Positions 22,556 to 34,799 of a DNA stretch of 64,000 nt are shown here, in pieces (position 1 is the stretch's first letter; each line of letters starts with the position of its first letter). The DNA lies in the NCBI GenBank assembly GCA_002189035.1, contig NEEC01000002.1, positions 4,154,001 through 4,218,000 on the forward strand. Reading direction: 5' to 3'. Under the pieces are notes generated by a model that saw nothing but the letters and a program-made list of their open reading frames with translations, had not been told where the DNA came from and did not search any database. The DNA is from Utricularia gibba (taxonomy: Eukaryota; Plantae; Magnoliophyta). The position numbers were made by a program, and so were the translations under genes.

Positions 22556-23930
22556 TGATAGCACACAAATTTTCAAGTTTTAGGATATGAAAAATCATGA
22601 ATTTTTAATCTTGCTTAAGTGTTTATTTTATAGTTTTAAGTGTTTTTATGAAATTTAGGAAAATGTAATTTTTGGTGTGATTAGTGGGCTAAATCCTTTG
22701 ATTTAGCCTACCCCATATCTAACCCGATTTTGGAGTCTAGTAGCAACCCAAGAATCAAGGAGGAGATATGAATTTCGTACAAGTCACCAAGCTGCAGGAG
22801 ACAAAGAGCACTGTTCCGCCGCCTGCAGTCTACAGGTTCAGGCCGAAAACAGTGATGTTTTCAGGAATAGTGCGTGGGAGTAAATGAGGGAAGATATTAT
22901 TTTCGAAAAGGAGAGAGCGGGAAAAGAGAACACACAGCAAGGGGACGGAAAGGGGTCTTCTTCCCCAACGGGAGAAACACCAACCAGAGGGGGGAAGAGA
23001 GGCCTTCTTCATCAAGAACAACACTGGAGCCCAATCCAGCACTACTGTTCCGGGCTGTGAACATTAGCTAGCAGGCGGAAAAACAATATCTATTTGCTTT
23101 CCGTTTTTCTGAACGTTTCAAGTTTCTGCATTTGACTTGTGACAATGTTTCTACCATTTTGACCAGCTTATATGAATGATATCGTATTTTATTTCCAAAG
23201 CATGAGTGGCTAGAGTCTTAGGGATACCTTAAGGTGAAGGGGTGTGGTGTGTGCTTAGGGTTAATGATGAAATTTATATGTATTCTTAACTCTTGTTTCT
23301 AACAAACCATGGGTAGACCTAAGGAGGGAAATAAGTAATTTCACAACTTAGAAGCTTGGTTTAGAGGTAGACCAACAAACCAAGACGGGAGCAGTCGGTA
23401 TTAGTCCAGGGTAGAACCAGTAGAACCGGGTAGACCTAGTTCTATATACCTTGCATGCGGGTAGACCTAATTGCAATGTTGGTTATGATATTCGGGACTA
23501 GCTTAAGCTAAAAATATTATGAATGACCTTGGGAGACCTAGGTTATTTGAAGTTGTGAGTGTAGGAAGATAGTAAATTAAGTTAGGAACCTTAGCATGAC
23601 ACCACCTACAAATCCTTAAGGCGTCCTCGTATTAGTCTGAGTCAAAACCAGTACCTGTTACTTTAGCGTCAAGACGTGATATTGCTTACCTACTTTTTTT
23701 TATTGAACTTGTTTACCACTATTAGTTCGAGCTTAGACTAAGACCTACTGTTATCCCGAATTATGCATTTACTAGAACACTTAGCAAACACAAGCTCTTC
23801 GTGATCGATCCCGACATCCACTATACAAGTTTTCTAAATTTGTATTTTGTGTAGATTAAGGAGTACAAATTTATTTGATACGGATTTTCTATTTTAATTT
23901 GCAACGATATTAGGAAATTCCCGTTTATCA
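22556..23930 (+). repeat. Full-length family-A LTR (1375 bp), acting as 3' LTR
   Basis: TGATAGCAC...CCGTTTATCA; preceded by Athila-like CTTGGGGACAAG; no PBS after it; flanks (TAGTG/CAACA) do not match. Confidence 0.88.
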
Positions 23931-24454
23931 CAACAATAAAGAAAAATTTATGTTTATCAAACCACAATATAGTTGAATTTCTTCAAATTTGGTTTCAAAT
24001 TGTACCTTTTTTTATTTTACCAAAATGACTTGTAAAAAAATCTTTATATATTTTTTATTCTTGTGTTTTACTTGAATGCTAGTATGGTTGATTAGCTGTT
24101 TCAAATTAGTTGAGATTGTAAATATTGCTATGGAGGTAAAATCAAGATCACTGGTTACAACATTGACGTCACATATCATAGAAAAATACTTTTGAATTGT
24201 TGGTAGACTAGGAACATCAATGTAAAACTGCAAGCTATATTATCCAATATTCTAAAAGTATTTTCAATCAAATAATCTTAAAATTCTGATGGTTATTATA
24301 AGAGAGACATCCCTTTTATATATCAAAAACAACGTCTAACAAATGCAACACCCACTTCCTATAAAATCAATGAATTTGTACAAATACAACAACTTCCATT
24401 TTCCACTAGAAAAAACTATTAGGTGGTTACAAACAAAACCTTTGATTGAATTAG

Positions 24455-25920
24455 CTATGTGATCATTTACGTGCATGGTTGCACCCTCTTAACCTCGTAA
24501 CTTCAGTCTTGCAACCTTAGAAATTAAGATGAAGTGGTTCTTGTGGTTTTGATCTCATGAAATCAATAGAGGAGTGTCACTCTCTTTACTAACTCCACAT
24601 GGTTACAACCTCTCTTTTCTTTTTCTTTCAATTCCTCAATCTTATACCGTATGGTGGCTAAAACTTTATAAGGAGTTGCCTCAATCATGTTTGACAGTAT
24701 GTGTCAACTCTCCCATAAGTCTTCTACTTGAAAGAGTCACACTGCATCTCAATTTCATTATACATCATGATACACATCAATATCAATACATATTTTATAG
24801 ATTTTTCTTTATTCAAAATTACCGAATACAAATCATTTCAAAAAAGGATCAAATTATTCTCTAGTAACAAGCGTCTCCAATATTCAAGTATCTAGTAGAG
24901 AGTTACAAAATTTAGAAGTTGGATTTGAAAACTAGTTTTTAAGACTCGATAGATTTGATAAACTTTAAAAAAAATTTGTAACTTCCTAATTTCATCCCAA
25001 AACCAATAAATTCTTTTTGACACATAATTGCATCATGTTTCCATATCCCAAAAATCATAGACAATCAACACATAAAAATAGAGAAATGCATGGACAGTCT
25101 CACATACACAGACTTGCATGTAGAACAAAGTACAAATTCAAAAATCATCATCCCACTCTCTTGTCTAAATCAGCTCTTTTGAAAGCCAAACCTTTTGAAT
25201 ATATCTCTACTATAAGATTGAGAAATTTCATGATTTTAAGACAACTCTTGATAAAAAGAAAATTCGCATGTCATTGAATAAGATGTAAATTTCCCTATCA
25301 AACAAAATTTTAAGTCTATTGAAACTTTTTTCTTTCCCTAATTTTTGGTCTATCTCTAATTAAGGTTCTTTAAGATGAAAATCACTAACTCTCTCTTGAA
25401 TCTATCCTAATTTGTTAAGGAGATAATATGATTATATGACTAAGATAGTCTAATAAGCATTCTTATTCTTTTTGTCTCTAAGCACCACGTGGCGCTTAAC
25501 TATTCATGTGGGAAAGAAATAAAATCAGTACATACATCATTCACAATTTGTTCAAGTTGTAATCTAATAGATGAAAAAATATAAATAGTAAAGAAAATAT
25601 AAATAGTTTCATGCAAAATGCTAAAAATGTTGTAATCTACTTATGGCTAGGAGTAGTATACCTGAACAGAAAAAGTTCTTTAAAGATCAGTTGGATTCTT
25701 CATTCTTCATCCTCTTTGTGATTCTGAAATTTTCTTCCAAAATACCTTCTCTAGGTCCTATTGCATGTTGTTCTAAGTCTGATGTAGATATTTTTCTCCC
25801 TTCTCTATCTTAGTCTAAAAAACTACTTTTCAACTCCTTGGGATTTAGTAATTCTCTTTTGTCTCATTTTCCTACCACCTCTACTATATACTTTCGACTC
25901 CTTGGGATTTGGACTGTTAA
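24455..25920 (-). mobile_element. Degenerate Tekay/Del-like LTR remnant
   Basis: CTATGTGA(T/C)CATTTACGTGCATGGTTGCACCC and 25050-25260 align with 50360-50660. Boundaries are approximate. Confidence 0.5.
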
Positions 25921-27416
25921 AAAAATGTTATATTGATCAAAGAAAGTGATTTAAAAAAAAAGATTGGGGCTAAATCTAATATTAAGTCCCAATTTGGAAT
26001 AAAACATATAAACAACATTACTAAATTCAGAAATACAGAAATGCTTGACAAAATTCTAATTCTCTGGCATTATATTATCCACTTTTTTAATTCTGAAACA
26101 CTAAAATTTATGTGTTATCAATTCCTCAACTCTCAAAAGATCAAACTCCACAATGAAGTATATTGTTTCTAAAATATTAATGCCAATAGATCTCCCTTCG
26201 TTCCCTTACATTTTTTCTCCTTCAAAATGTTTTCACTTCACATGGCTTTCTTCATAACCTCATTAAAGCTTATCCATAAGTCCTATAAAAAAATGCATGT
26301 CTTCATCGTATTAAGAACATTGCTAGTTTTAAGAACATTGAATAGATTAGCAATGAGTCATTCCCAATATATAGGTGTACAAATTGTGAGGATGAATCTA
26401 TACACTTGTAATGCTTTTGTAGGGAGTTATCTAGTAGTATCATAAGGAACATATGTTAGATAGAAGCATCTATATACATGTGGAGTCAAGCCACTCTTAT
26501 GAAATTAAGTTATTTTCTAAAGCTGGTTAGAGAGTATAGAAGATGTACATGGTCATATGCATGTTTGATGTTGAATGATTGAGATTGTGGAGGTTGAGCA
26601 TGGCTAATAGGCCCTTCATATCACATCTAAATTTGATAATTTATAGAAATCATATATTTCATCATAACTTAATGTTACATAGATTATTAGATATGGAAGC
26701 TGGTTCGTGATCAAAAGGATGCACTTCAAAAAATGTCAAGACTTATGTATGAACTTTTTCACCAATATTGGGGGGATTGTAGAGTATTGAGAAAGGAAGT
26801 GATCAAATTCAAGACTTACTTAGTTTTGTATTGTTGTAATCACTATCTAATCTTATGTAAGAAATGAAAGATGGTTATGATAATTCAGTAGATTTCATAA
26901 TTTTATGAGAGTGATTGGATTTTATCTAAAGTTTGTACCTGCTCATATTTTGTTATAATAAATCACTTGAATTCCAAGAATAATTGATCAAAATATATGA
27001 TTAGAATATCTTTTAGACATTCGACTACCTTGTCTATGGTTTTTGTTTTCCTTTCTTGCTTTCGTGTTCGTTTTGATTCATCAATGAGCACAATGGGTCG
27101 GATGCATGTGGTGGAAAAAATGTCTCGTGCAACTTGTCTTCCTTTCTTGTGGGACGCCGCCACCTGACGCGAAATTTAGCACTTGCTTAGTGCTGCTTCA
27201 AAGGAATAAGATTTGAGGCGTGATGATAGAGGAAGATGGGAGCATCGCATCAGCCAACATTTTTGGTGTTCGGATCTCGTAACTGTAACCCGAATGGATT
27301 GCTGTGTAATTATTCTCACTCAGGTCAGGTCAGATCAGGCAGTTTAACCAACCAATAATCCACAACTAAGTGGTGGCTAAGTGCTAATCCGAGTGAGGAA
27401 GTGAAGATTTGAAAGC

Positions 27417-27435
27417 GGGGCGGGGCGGGGCGGGG
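27417..27435 (+). other. Perfect G-quadruplex-forming motif (GGGGC)3GGGG
   Basis: Four G4 tracts with single-C loops, about 430 nt upstream of the GIR-like gene. Confidence 0.7.
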
Positions 27436-27860
27436 AGGCTGCTGCGCTGCGCATAATAATTACCAACAGTGAAAGAATTAGTTGGAAATGAATGAGTCTA
27501 AAGCGCACGCGCCTCCCCTCTCAAGGAAGGAAGGAAGGAAGACGACGCAATCAATGACGGCCTTCCTCCTGCACAGTGGTGCGTAAATGCAGAATTCACT
27601 ACGGGATTTCCCTTCTCTGCAACCATACAATTTCACTTCCCCTTCGCCCCCCTTCCCTTTCCCTCCTCCTCCGGAATCAATACCCCCATTTCTCGCCTCC
27701 TCTGCACGATATCGATTCAATTCAATTCTCTGCTGCTCTCTCATAATAAACCTTTAACCCAAACTCCCACTTCATGCACATCTCTCTCATAGCATTAGAT
27801 CACGTCCCCCCACCCCACCCCTACTGCCTTCTGTCTCTGTGTATATATACCTGTGTATGG

Positions 27861-28409
27861 ATGGCGTGCCCTCGCCTTCAACTTCCCAACACCCCAGCTT
27901 TTTCAGCCCCCCATGTTAATGCTGCCGCTGCAATAACAGCAGCTCTAGAGAACCAAACCACAGGTATGCTGTATGCATATATGTATCTACGTATGTATGT
28001 ATTGGTTGTATGCTGCATGTGTCTTCCCCACACATTTGATTCCGGTGATGGAAAGCGCAGAGATGAGTAGGAGAAACGGACCTAAGCTCGAGCTGAAGCT
28101 GAATTTGTCGCCGCCGGGGGCGAGGCAGCGGCGGGAGGAATCGCCGAGTCGATCGATGACAGTGTCGCCGACGTCAACGGTTAGCTCGTGCTTGTCTTCG
28201 GAGATGAACTCTGGGGGTCAGCCAGCCCGGAGGCGTCCTCGATGATGCTGGTGGGATGCCCGAGGTGCCTCATGTATGTGATGCTGTCGGAGGAAGACCC
28301 CAGATGCCCCAAATGCAAGAGCACCGTCTTGCTTGATGTCATCAATGATGCCGCCACCGCCGGAACGGCCGCCGTCGCCGCTGCTACCCGGGGGTCTAAG
28401 AAGACTTAG
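27861..28409 (+). CDS. GIR1: GL2-interacting repressor (GIR1/GIR2)-like protein; core CDS 28063-28409, probable GT-AG intron 27964-28060; 1-nt frameshift at G run 28213-28217
   Basis: MSRRNGPKLELKLNLSPP (EAR LxLxL), SSCLSSE, then in the -1 frame MMLVGCPRCLMYVMLSEEDPRCPKCKSTVLLD. One extra G restores a 115-aa core ORF. The symbol is family-level (GIR1 vs GIR2 unresolved). Confidence 0.85.
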
Positions 28410-29039
28410 GGGTTCGGAGAGTTATGGTATACCAGCTCTCTATTATTAGGCAGCATTGCGTCTATAAACCAAAAATAAAAAGAAGATGATTTTCTACCTG
28501 GTGTAATTTGCAGGTAGCACTATTGATGCTCCATTTCTAACCACAAAGGCAAAGTTGAACACTAGAAGAGAAAAGCGAGATTGAAGTGGAGCCTTAATAG
28601 TGCTGCTGCTACCTTTTTTGTACCGTTTGTTTCCCTCAGTTTTTGGTGGCTGCCTGAAATATGTGACTTCAATCATAGCCACTATTTTCATCTTCCTTAA
28701 CCGCGCATTGGTAATTTCTTGCCTGCATTTTCACTTCACTGTGCTCTTGCTTCTTCGCTGACATTTTTTTTTGGAACTGTCTTACGGATGGTGAGACTCC
28801 ATAGCAACCACTGTATAACAACTCTAAAGACTATTTTTTTAACAACTGGTCTTACTTTCCTTCACCAGATACGCTGAACTTAAAGAAATTCACTCTTGTT
28901 TGAAACTGAGCCGAAAGCTGTACTTCCGGCGAATTTCTTACCCACTGTCATACTTCCCCCTGAACTCCTGCATATTCGAAGAATCAATTCAAATATTTGA
29001 AAATATTCAAAACAAACGCACAGGGAAAAATGATATAAT

Positions 29040-29840
29040 ACATGCGTTGGGAGTTCAACCCATAAATGTATCTCGAAGTAGTTCCAGGTCCTCATCACAA
29101 TTAAGCAAAGATATGAATGAGCATGACACTGTTGTAAATATAGAATGAGTTCCGGGGTAGTTCTAGCAATGAAGAAGAAAAGGGTGGAAGTGTATTAGAT
29201 TGACAGACTCTTTAAATGACATAAATGCGAAGAGTTATGGAGGCAGTTGCGAATAATGAGGCTATTAAATCAAATCATAACCATAGATTCATTTCACAAA
29301 TCACATGCAGTTCCCCTTGCACAGCTCACAGCAACCCACCTACCATGTTAAATAAGCTTGTGGTCGACCCAGCCCACCTCCAAATCCTTAAATATGAAAG
29401 CTCTTCTAAGTCCCGTTGTAAAACCTACTGTGGGTGGAGGAAGAAAGCAGTTGAAGTAGATCGGGATGCCATCTCCCATCTGCCGAAGCATTGTTGCAGA
29501 GTTCAAGTAGTCTTAATTACATTGCAAATCAAAGTTTTCGTTTACAGAAAAACTCCGTATTAAGGCTGATCTTAAACATCCATGTGAGGAAGGAGACAAG
29601 GTTGGACAATAAGAAGTGATAATTGAGAACATCCAGATGTAGCCACGAGGGTGCCTCTTCTCCCCAGCAGATTCATATCGCCAGTGCACTCAGCTTCCTT
29701 GTTAGCCCTCATACAACAAAAGATGTCATTTTGAAAAGCAAAAAAAGGCAAGAACCGCAGCAGCAAAGTTAGAGCATTCAATAGCAGACGGAAAATTTCA
29801 GATTTATTAATCAGATTCCCACCAAATATAAATGACATGA
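29040..29840 (-). pseudogene. Decayed NLR (NB-LRR) leucine-rich-repeat fragment
   Basis: Frame-hopping minus translation gives LSALAI*ICWGEEAPSWL...LLSNLVSFL, LEELSYLRIWRW, and SLIIRNC...LCHLKSLSI, typical CC-NLR LRR wording with many stops. Confidence 0.5.
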
Positions 29841-30233
29841 GTCCGTTATGATTTCAAAAGTTTCAGAAATAATAATATACATGGCAGACAAACATGTTGC
29901 TACAGACCTACATCATCAATAATAACATGCTTATGAGTCACAGACCCTCACTTTATTTCTGCTGGCTGAAAGAGATGAACTCTACCATAAGTATCAACTT
30001 TCATTGGACATATCAATAGTACCACAACTGAGACATTTACTACCTACACCAAAGTTGAAGTCGAGAAAACTGTGACAACTGTTGTGCAGGACAGGTAGCA
30101 TCTGAACATAGTCATCAATCATCACCATCACACAGCATCAATGTGGTGCAGTGTGACTCCACAGGACGGGGTAGAGTTTGGCACACAGCAGAAGGAGATG
30201 AACAAATGAACAGGGAATTCAAGTAAAAGTAAA

Positions 30234-30560
30234 GAGAAAATTAGTAAAATACATATTTTAGAAAAAGTCATTAGCAAAATACCCAAGTTTGGGAAAGAGT
30301 TTGCAAAATAGATATTTTATATGATTGTGTACAAACTTGCCAGCGGAATAGCCGAGCAATCTTACACAACCCAAGGCATAAGTCTCTTATTATTTGGCCA
30401 ATTCCCGATGGTTTGCCAAATGAAAGTGTATAAGACTCTCTGCTCGCTATGGTCTGTTATTAGTTAGCAATCACTGGTGTATTTTGCTAAATACCCTATA
30501 GTTTTTTTCCTTTTGCAAAATATCATAATCTTTTAGGATTACTTGCAATATACCTTTTTC
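30234..30560. mobile_element. Degenerate Mutator-type MITE
   Basis: Both ends carry inverted, repeated (TA/TT)GCAAAATA motifs; no clear TSD found. Confidence 0.45.
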
Positions 30561-31699
30561 TTATGATTTACTTTTTATACTATCAAATAATATATTAAAA
30601 CTAGTATTTTTGAATGTTTATTGTTGTTTAAAAATTATTTATTTATTTACTTAAAAATATTTATGTTATAAATCCTACCAAATGATCAGTAATAGGTTTT
30701 TAATAATGTTATATTTATAAATTTTTCATTTATACATCATTATTTATATTTTACGAGATAGGTTGTAGTATTCATTATTAGGTTTTAATTACTTCACTGA
30801 ATGATAAGATTTCACTGCTAATCCATTGAATCTCATTGTACAAAAAACTGACACATCTATAGAAAAACATTTAATTTGCTAATGTTTTCTTTACTTGATG
30901 CATTTTGCTAACTCATATTTTTTGAATATGTATTTTACTAACCTAGTGAAAGTAAAACCCCAAATGGATTTATCACCTAGCAATAGAGATAATGCTCTAC
31001 TTCTTGCTCATGAGAGTTTTAATGACCATTATATCGGAAGATCCAATCGTCTTACTCTTCGACTTCTCATAGAATGATTTGTTTAGGAAAATGGGTAAAT
31101 GCAACTACAAGCTATGTTATCAATATAACTATGGTTTATGTTAGTTCATATAAAGCAATAAGAGGTTAAGTTTGTAGAAAATATTTTGGATCGTTTCAAA
31201 TAATATCAAAGTCTTTGATGTAATCTCAAGAATTTTAATGAATGTAAAGATAACAAGCACGATGATTATGATGTGATGTTCATTATTTTTCCATATGATT
31301 ATCGATATATTTGATGCCCATGGTTTCAATTTCCAATTTTGAAACTCAGTCAAAGTATATTATAGAAGAAAGTGTACATTTATACTTAATACTACTATTT
31401 TATACAATATGTTCCATGATAAAGTGTATTACGTTAGTATGGATACTACACACGATATTTCTTAATGAGGTTAATGCCATAAACTCAAACTTTGTATGAA
31501 CCCAATGTTTATACATACTTTGTAAGTAAACTTCTCAAATAAGTATAATTCATCATCCTCAATTCTTGTTGAATAGGTATAATAGATGAATTTGGGTGCT
31601 TTAAATTTGAATATATCGAATAATTTGTCTTGGATAAAGAAATTCTGTGACAACCATTAGATATTTTGATGGAGATGTGGTTTTTGCATATAGAAAAAA

Positions 31700-34400
31700 C
31701 AAAAAGATAAAATAGGATCAAGCTCGGAGGAAAATCAAAAGAATCAGTATGAAGTATAATCGACAGTCTAGGTAGATTAGGAGTTTTTCAAGAAAATCAG
31801 CTATGGAATGTAAATTAGCGCTAAAGCCCAAATTGACTAAATATATCAGAGACAACAAACCAACCTATGGGCAATAAATCAGCTAAAAGGTCCTCGGTAA
31901 ATCGGCTATGATCATAAAAGAAATATTGTTAGTCTGCAGCGACTTGCAAACAATTTGAGAGGCCTCCGACCTATATGAATTCAGAATAGGTGGTGGTTAT
32001 CTATACTGTTAGTATGCAGCGTATCAAGCATAGCCAGCTAAATGTAGAAAGTAGCTCACTCATTCAAAATCAGTCAGATGATACGTTGTGATAAGCATCC
32101 CAAAGTGTATCAAATGGAGCCTACAAAATTAAGTGCATACTACGAGATCCACAAAATGGTACAACATGATACCACCGATTGTAGGGTGATGAAGAGGATG
32201 ATTGAGCAATATCATGCAGAGGGTGCACACACTGGTGTAATTCAGAATTCAAAAGCCTGATCTAGGAAAAAGTGGGGACGAAATGATCATGATAAACGGA
32301 AATTTTAGCATATCATTGCAATTAAAGCAAATCCCCGTATCAAATAAATTTATAAGCCCTAATCTACACAAAATACAAATTTAAAAAACTTGTATAGTGG
32401 ATGTCGGGATCGATCACAAGGAGCTTGTGTTTGTCATGCATTTCAGTAGATGCAGAATTCAAAGAAACGGTAAGTCTTAGTCTAAGCTCGGACCAACAGT
32501 GGTAAACAAGTTCAATAAACATGATCAGTAAACAATATTAGATCTTAATGCTAAGGTAACAGGTACTGGTTCTAACTTAGAATAATAGTAAAGTGCCTTA
32601 AGGGTCTTCAGGTGGTATGGGGCCAAAATCTCTAATTTAATCTACCATGTTCTTACACTCACAACTTCAAATAACCTAAGTCTACCCAGGTTATTCATCA
32701 TATTTTCTGCTAAGCTAGTCTACCATATCATCACCAACATTGCAATTAGGTCTACCCGCATGCAAAAAATATAGAACTAGGTCTACCCAGTTCTACTGGT
32801 TCTACCCCGGACTAATACCTACTGTTCCCGTCTTGATTTGTTGGTCTACCTCTAAATCAAACATTTAAGTTGTGAAGCTACTTTTTCCCTTCCTTAGGTC
32901 TACCCTTGGTTTGATAGAAACAAAAACTAAGAAATAATGGTCAATTTTATTAAGACTCCTAGACCCACACCACCATGTTTCACCTTCAATATGGAGTTAT
33001 ATGCCTTCAATCAACAAGCATTTCAAACTATTGGAGAAATTGACATTTGGTGCTACTAGACACAGCCAAACCGAGAGAGTAGAATTTTTAATCTTGGACT
33101 CGGAAGTCTCCTATATCATTATTCTTGGTCACTTGGGGATCAATCAATTTGGCATGCTCCCCTCAACTACGCACTTCAAGATCAAATTATCAACCCCAAG
33201 AGGAATCTGGACCTTAGACATTAATCAAATGACGCCCCAATCCTACTAGGTGTCATCTTGCTCCAAGAAACCGAGAGTGATGATGATGGAGAAAGTGCAT
33301 ATGGAGTCACCCAGGTAGGCCATGGAACTAGTGGGATACAAGGAGCTGCAACTTTTGCCTATTGATCCCCCAGAAAGTGACCCAAATTGGAGTGGAACTG
33401 GACACCAAATCTGAAGGGAAGTTGATTGAATTGTTGAATGCTGATATCTTCTCTTAGACTTTTGTAGATTATGTAGGAATCATCCACCCAATCACGGAAC
33501 ATTACATCCAAATGCATCCTAGAGCCAAGCCAATTAGGCAGAAACAAAGACATTCTCAGAAGAAAAATGTCGAATAATCAAGGAATTCTAGTACTCAAGA
33601 GCATACAAGAACAAAGACATATCAACTAATTGGAACAAAATTGGGAAGGCCTATACCGAATACCCAAGGTGCTTGGTGGAGGGGCTTATAGGCTAGAGCT
33701 GTTTGATGGAGTGGAATTCCCTTGATCTGCGAACGTGGCTCATTTGCGGAGGTTCTATATATGAATAACCTTTTACTTATGGATCGGACTGAACCATGCA
33801 GACTTCAGCACTCTATATGAATTTTAGTGATCTTCTTATGGATTTTGATATTCTATATCCCATATCATACATACAACAATTCCTCATATTTAAAGGAGAG
33901 AAAAATACCACATAAAGCCCTGGAAATTCATGTAAGCCGAGGCTCAAATCATTCATCTCCATGATTTGGTTTATAGGGCAGTAGGGGTTACCCCTGGACT
34001 CAAGGCCTTCCCAATCTAAGCATTTCTTAGCAAAAATGAACCCTAGTATCACATTGGGCACTGTTTCTCATAATCGTGTGCGTATGTCCCAAAATCAGCC
34101 CTAAAACGTTAAGTACACCCAAGGAAAATCTGAGTGTGTTCAATACATGGGAATCAGCTGAAGAAGAGGGCCTATTTGGATTGGTAAAGGAAAGTATTGA
34201 TCCCCCTCTCTAGCAACGGTTCAGCATGCATAAAGAAAACTTATTTATGCAAAAAGCCCAACCCAAGATTGGCAAAGAAAAGTAAAAAACTACACCTGAA
34301 AAGTAAAGATCCCAAACTAGGATAAAATAAAAACACATCCCGAATCGGGGTCAAAACAAGTGTCACTAGTAGTTATGCCTAAAATCTAAAATAAAATGTT
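31700..34400 (+). mobile_element. Internally deleted Tat-lineage gypsy remnant
   Basis: gag tail YYEIHKMVQHDTTDCRVMKRMIE; protease tail VEFLILDSEVSYIIILG...STTHFKIKLSTPRG; RT start HPRAKPIRQKQR joined directly to the integrase end NWEGLYRI...GAYRLE...AHLRRFY. Confidence 0.75.
32290..32988 (-). repeat. 3' half of a family-A LTR inserted in the Tat remnant
   Basis: Starts TGATAAACGGAAATTT and aligns with 54972-55660; the other end is lost. Confidence 0.85.
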
Positions 34401-34799
34401 TAGTGGAGGGGCTCTATGGAAGAGCTGATTTGGTGCTTGGTTTAGAGGCCAACTTCGCCGCATTTTCATCTTCAATTTTCTTTATAATTATGACCCAAAA
34501 ACGTTCTAAATAAGCATTGAATCCTAGAACTAGAGCATCTGCCAACTCCAAGGGATCATCTTCCATGTTTTCATCATCTTGGAGGGGAAACACCTACTCT
34601 CATTGAGGATAAAAAATCAGAAGGTTGAATACCTTAGCGTTTTGAAGAAGCTATCAATACATGACATGACCAATTATATTGAGCCAAAGCTGCAAAAAAC
34701 AACTGGATTCCACAAAGTTGTTCAATTGATTTCAGGGCGCCAATTTCAAATTGCAAATCTCGGCCTCTAACTCCTTAATCGGCTCCGGTTTGTGGTGGT

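Noticed and set aside
18316-23930. Intact element with TSD defined by the two family-A LTRs
   Set aside because: Flanks ATAAC and CAACA differ, the left LTR lacks its 3' end and there is no PBS. Kept only as a tentative finding.
26440-26960. Possible copia 3' end (TTGGGGGGAT-TGTAGAG) with a short LTR
   Set aside because: No convincing RNase H motif or partner LTR; too decayed to support.
28210-28220. Programmed -1 frameshift in the GIR gene
   Set aside because: In-frame context T-GGG-GGT is not a canonical X-XXY-YYZ heptamer; a single-base loss is simpler.
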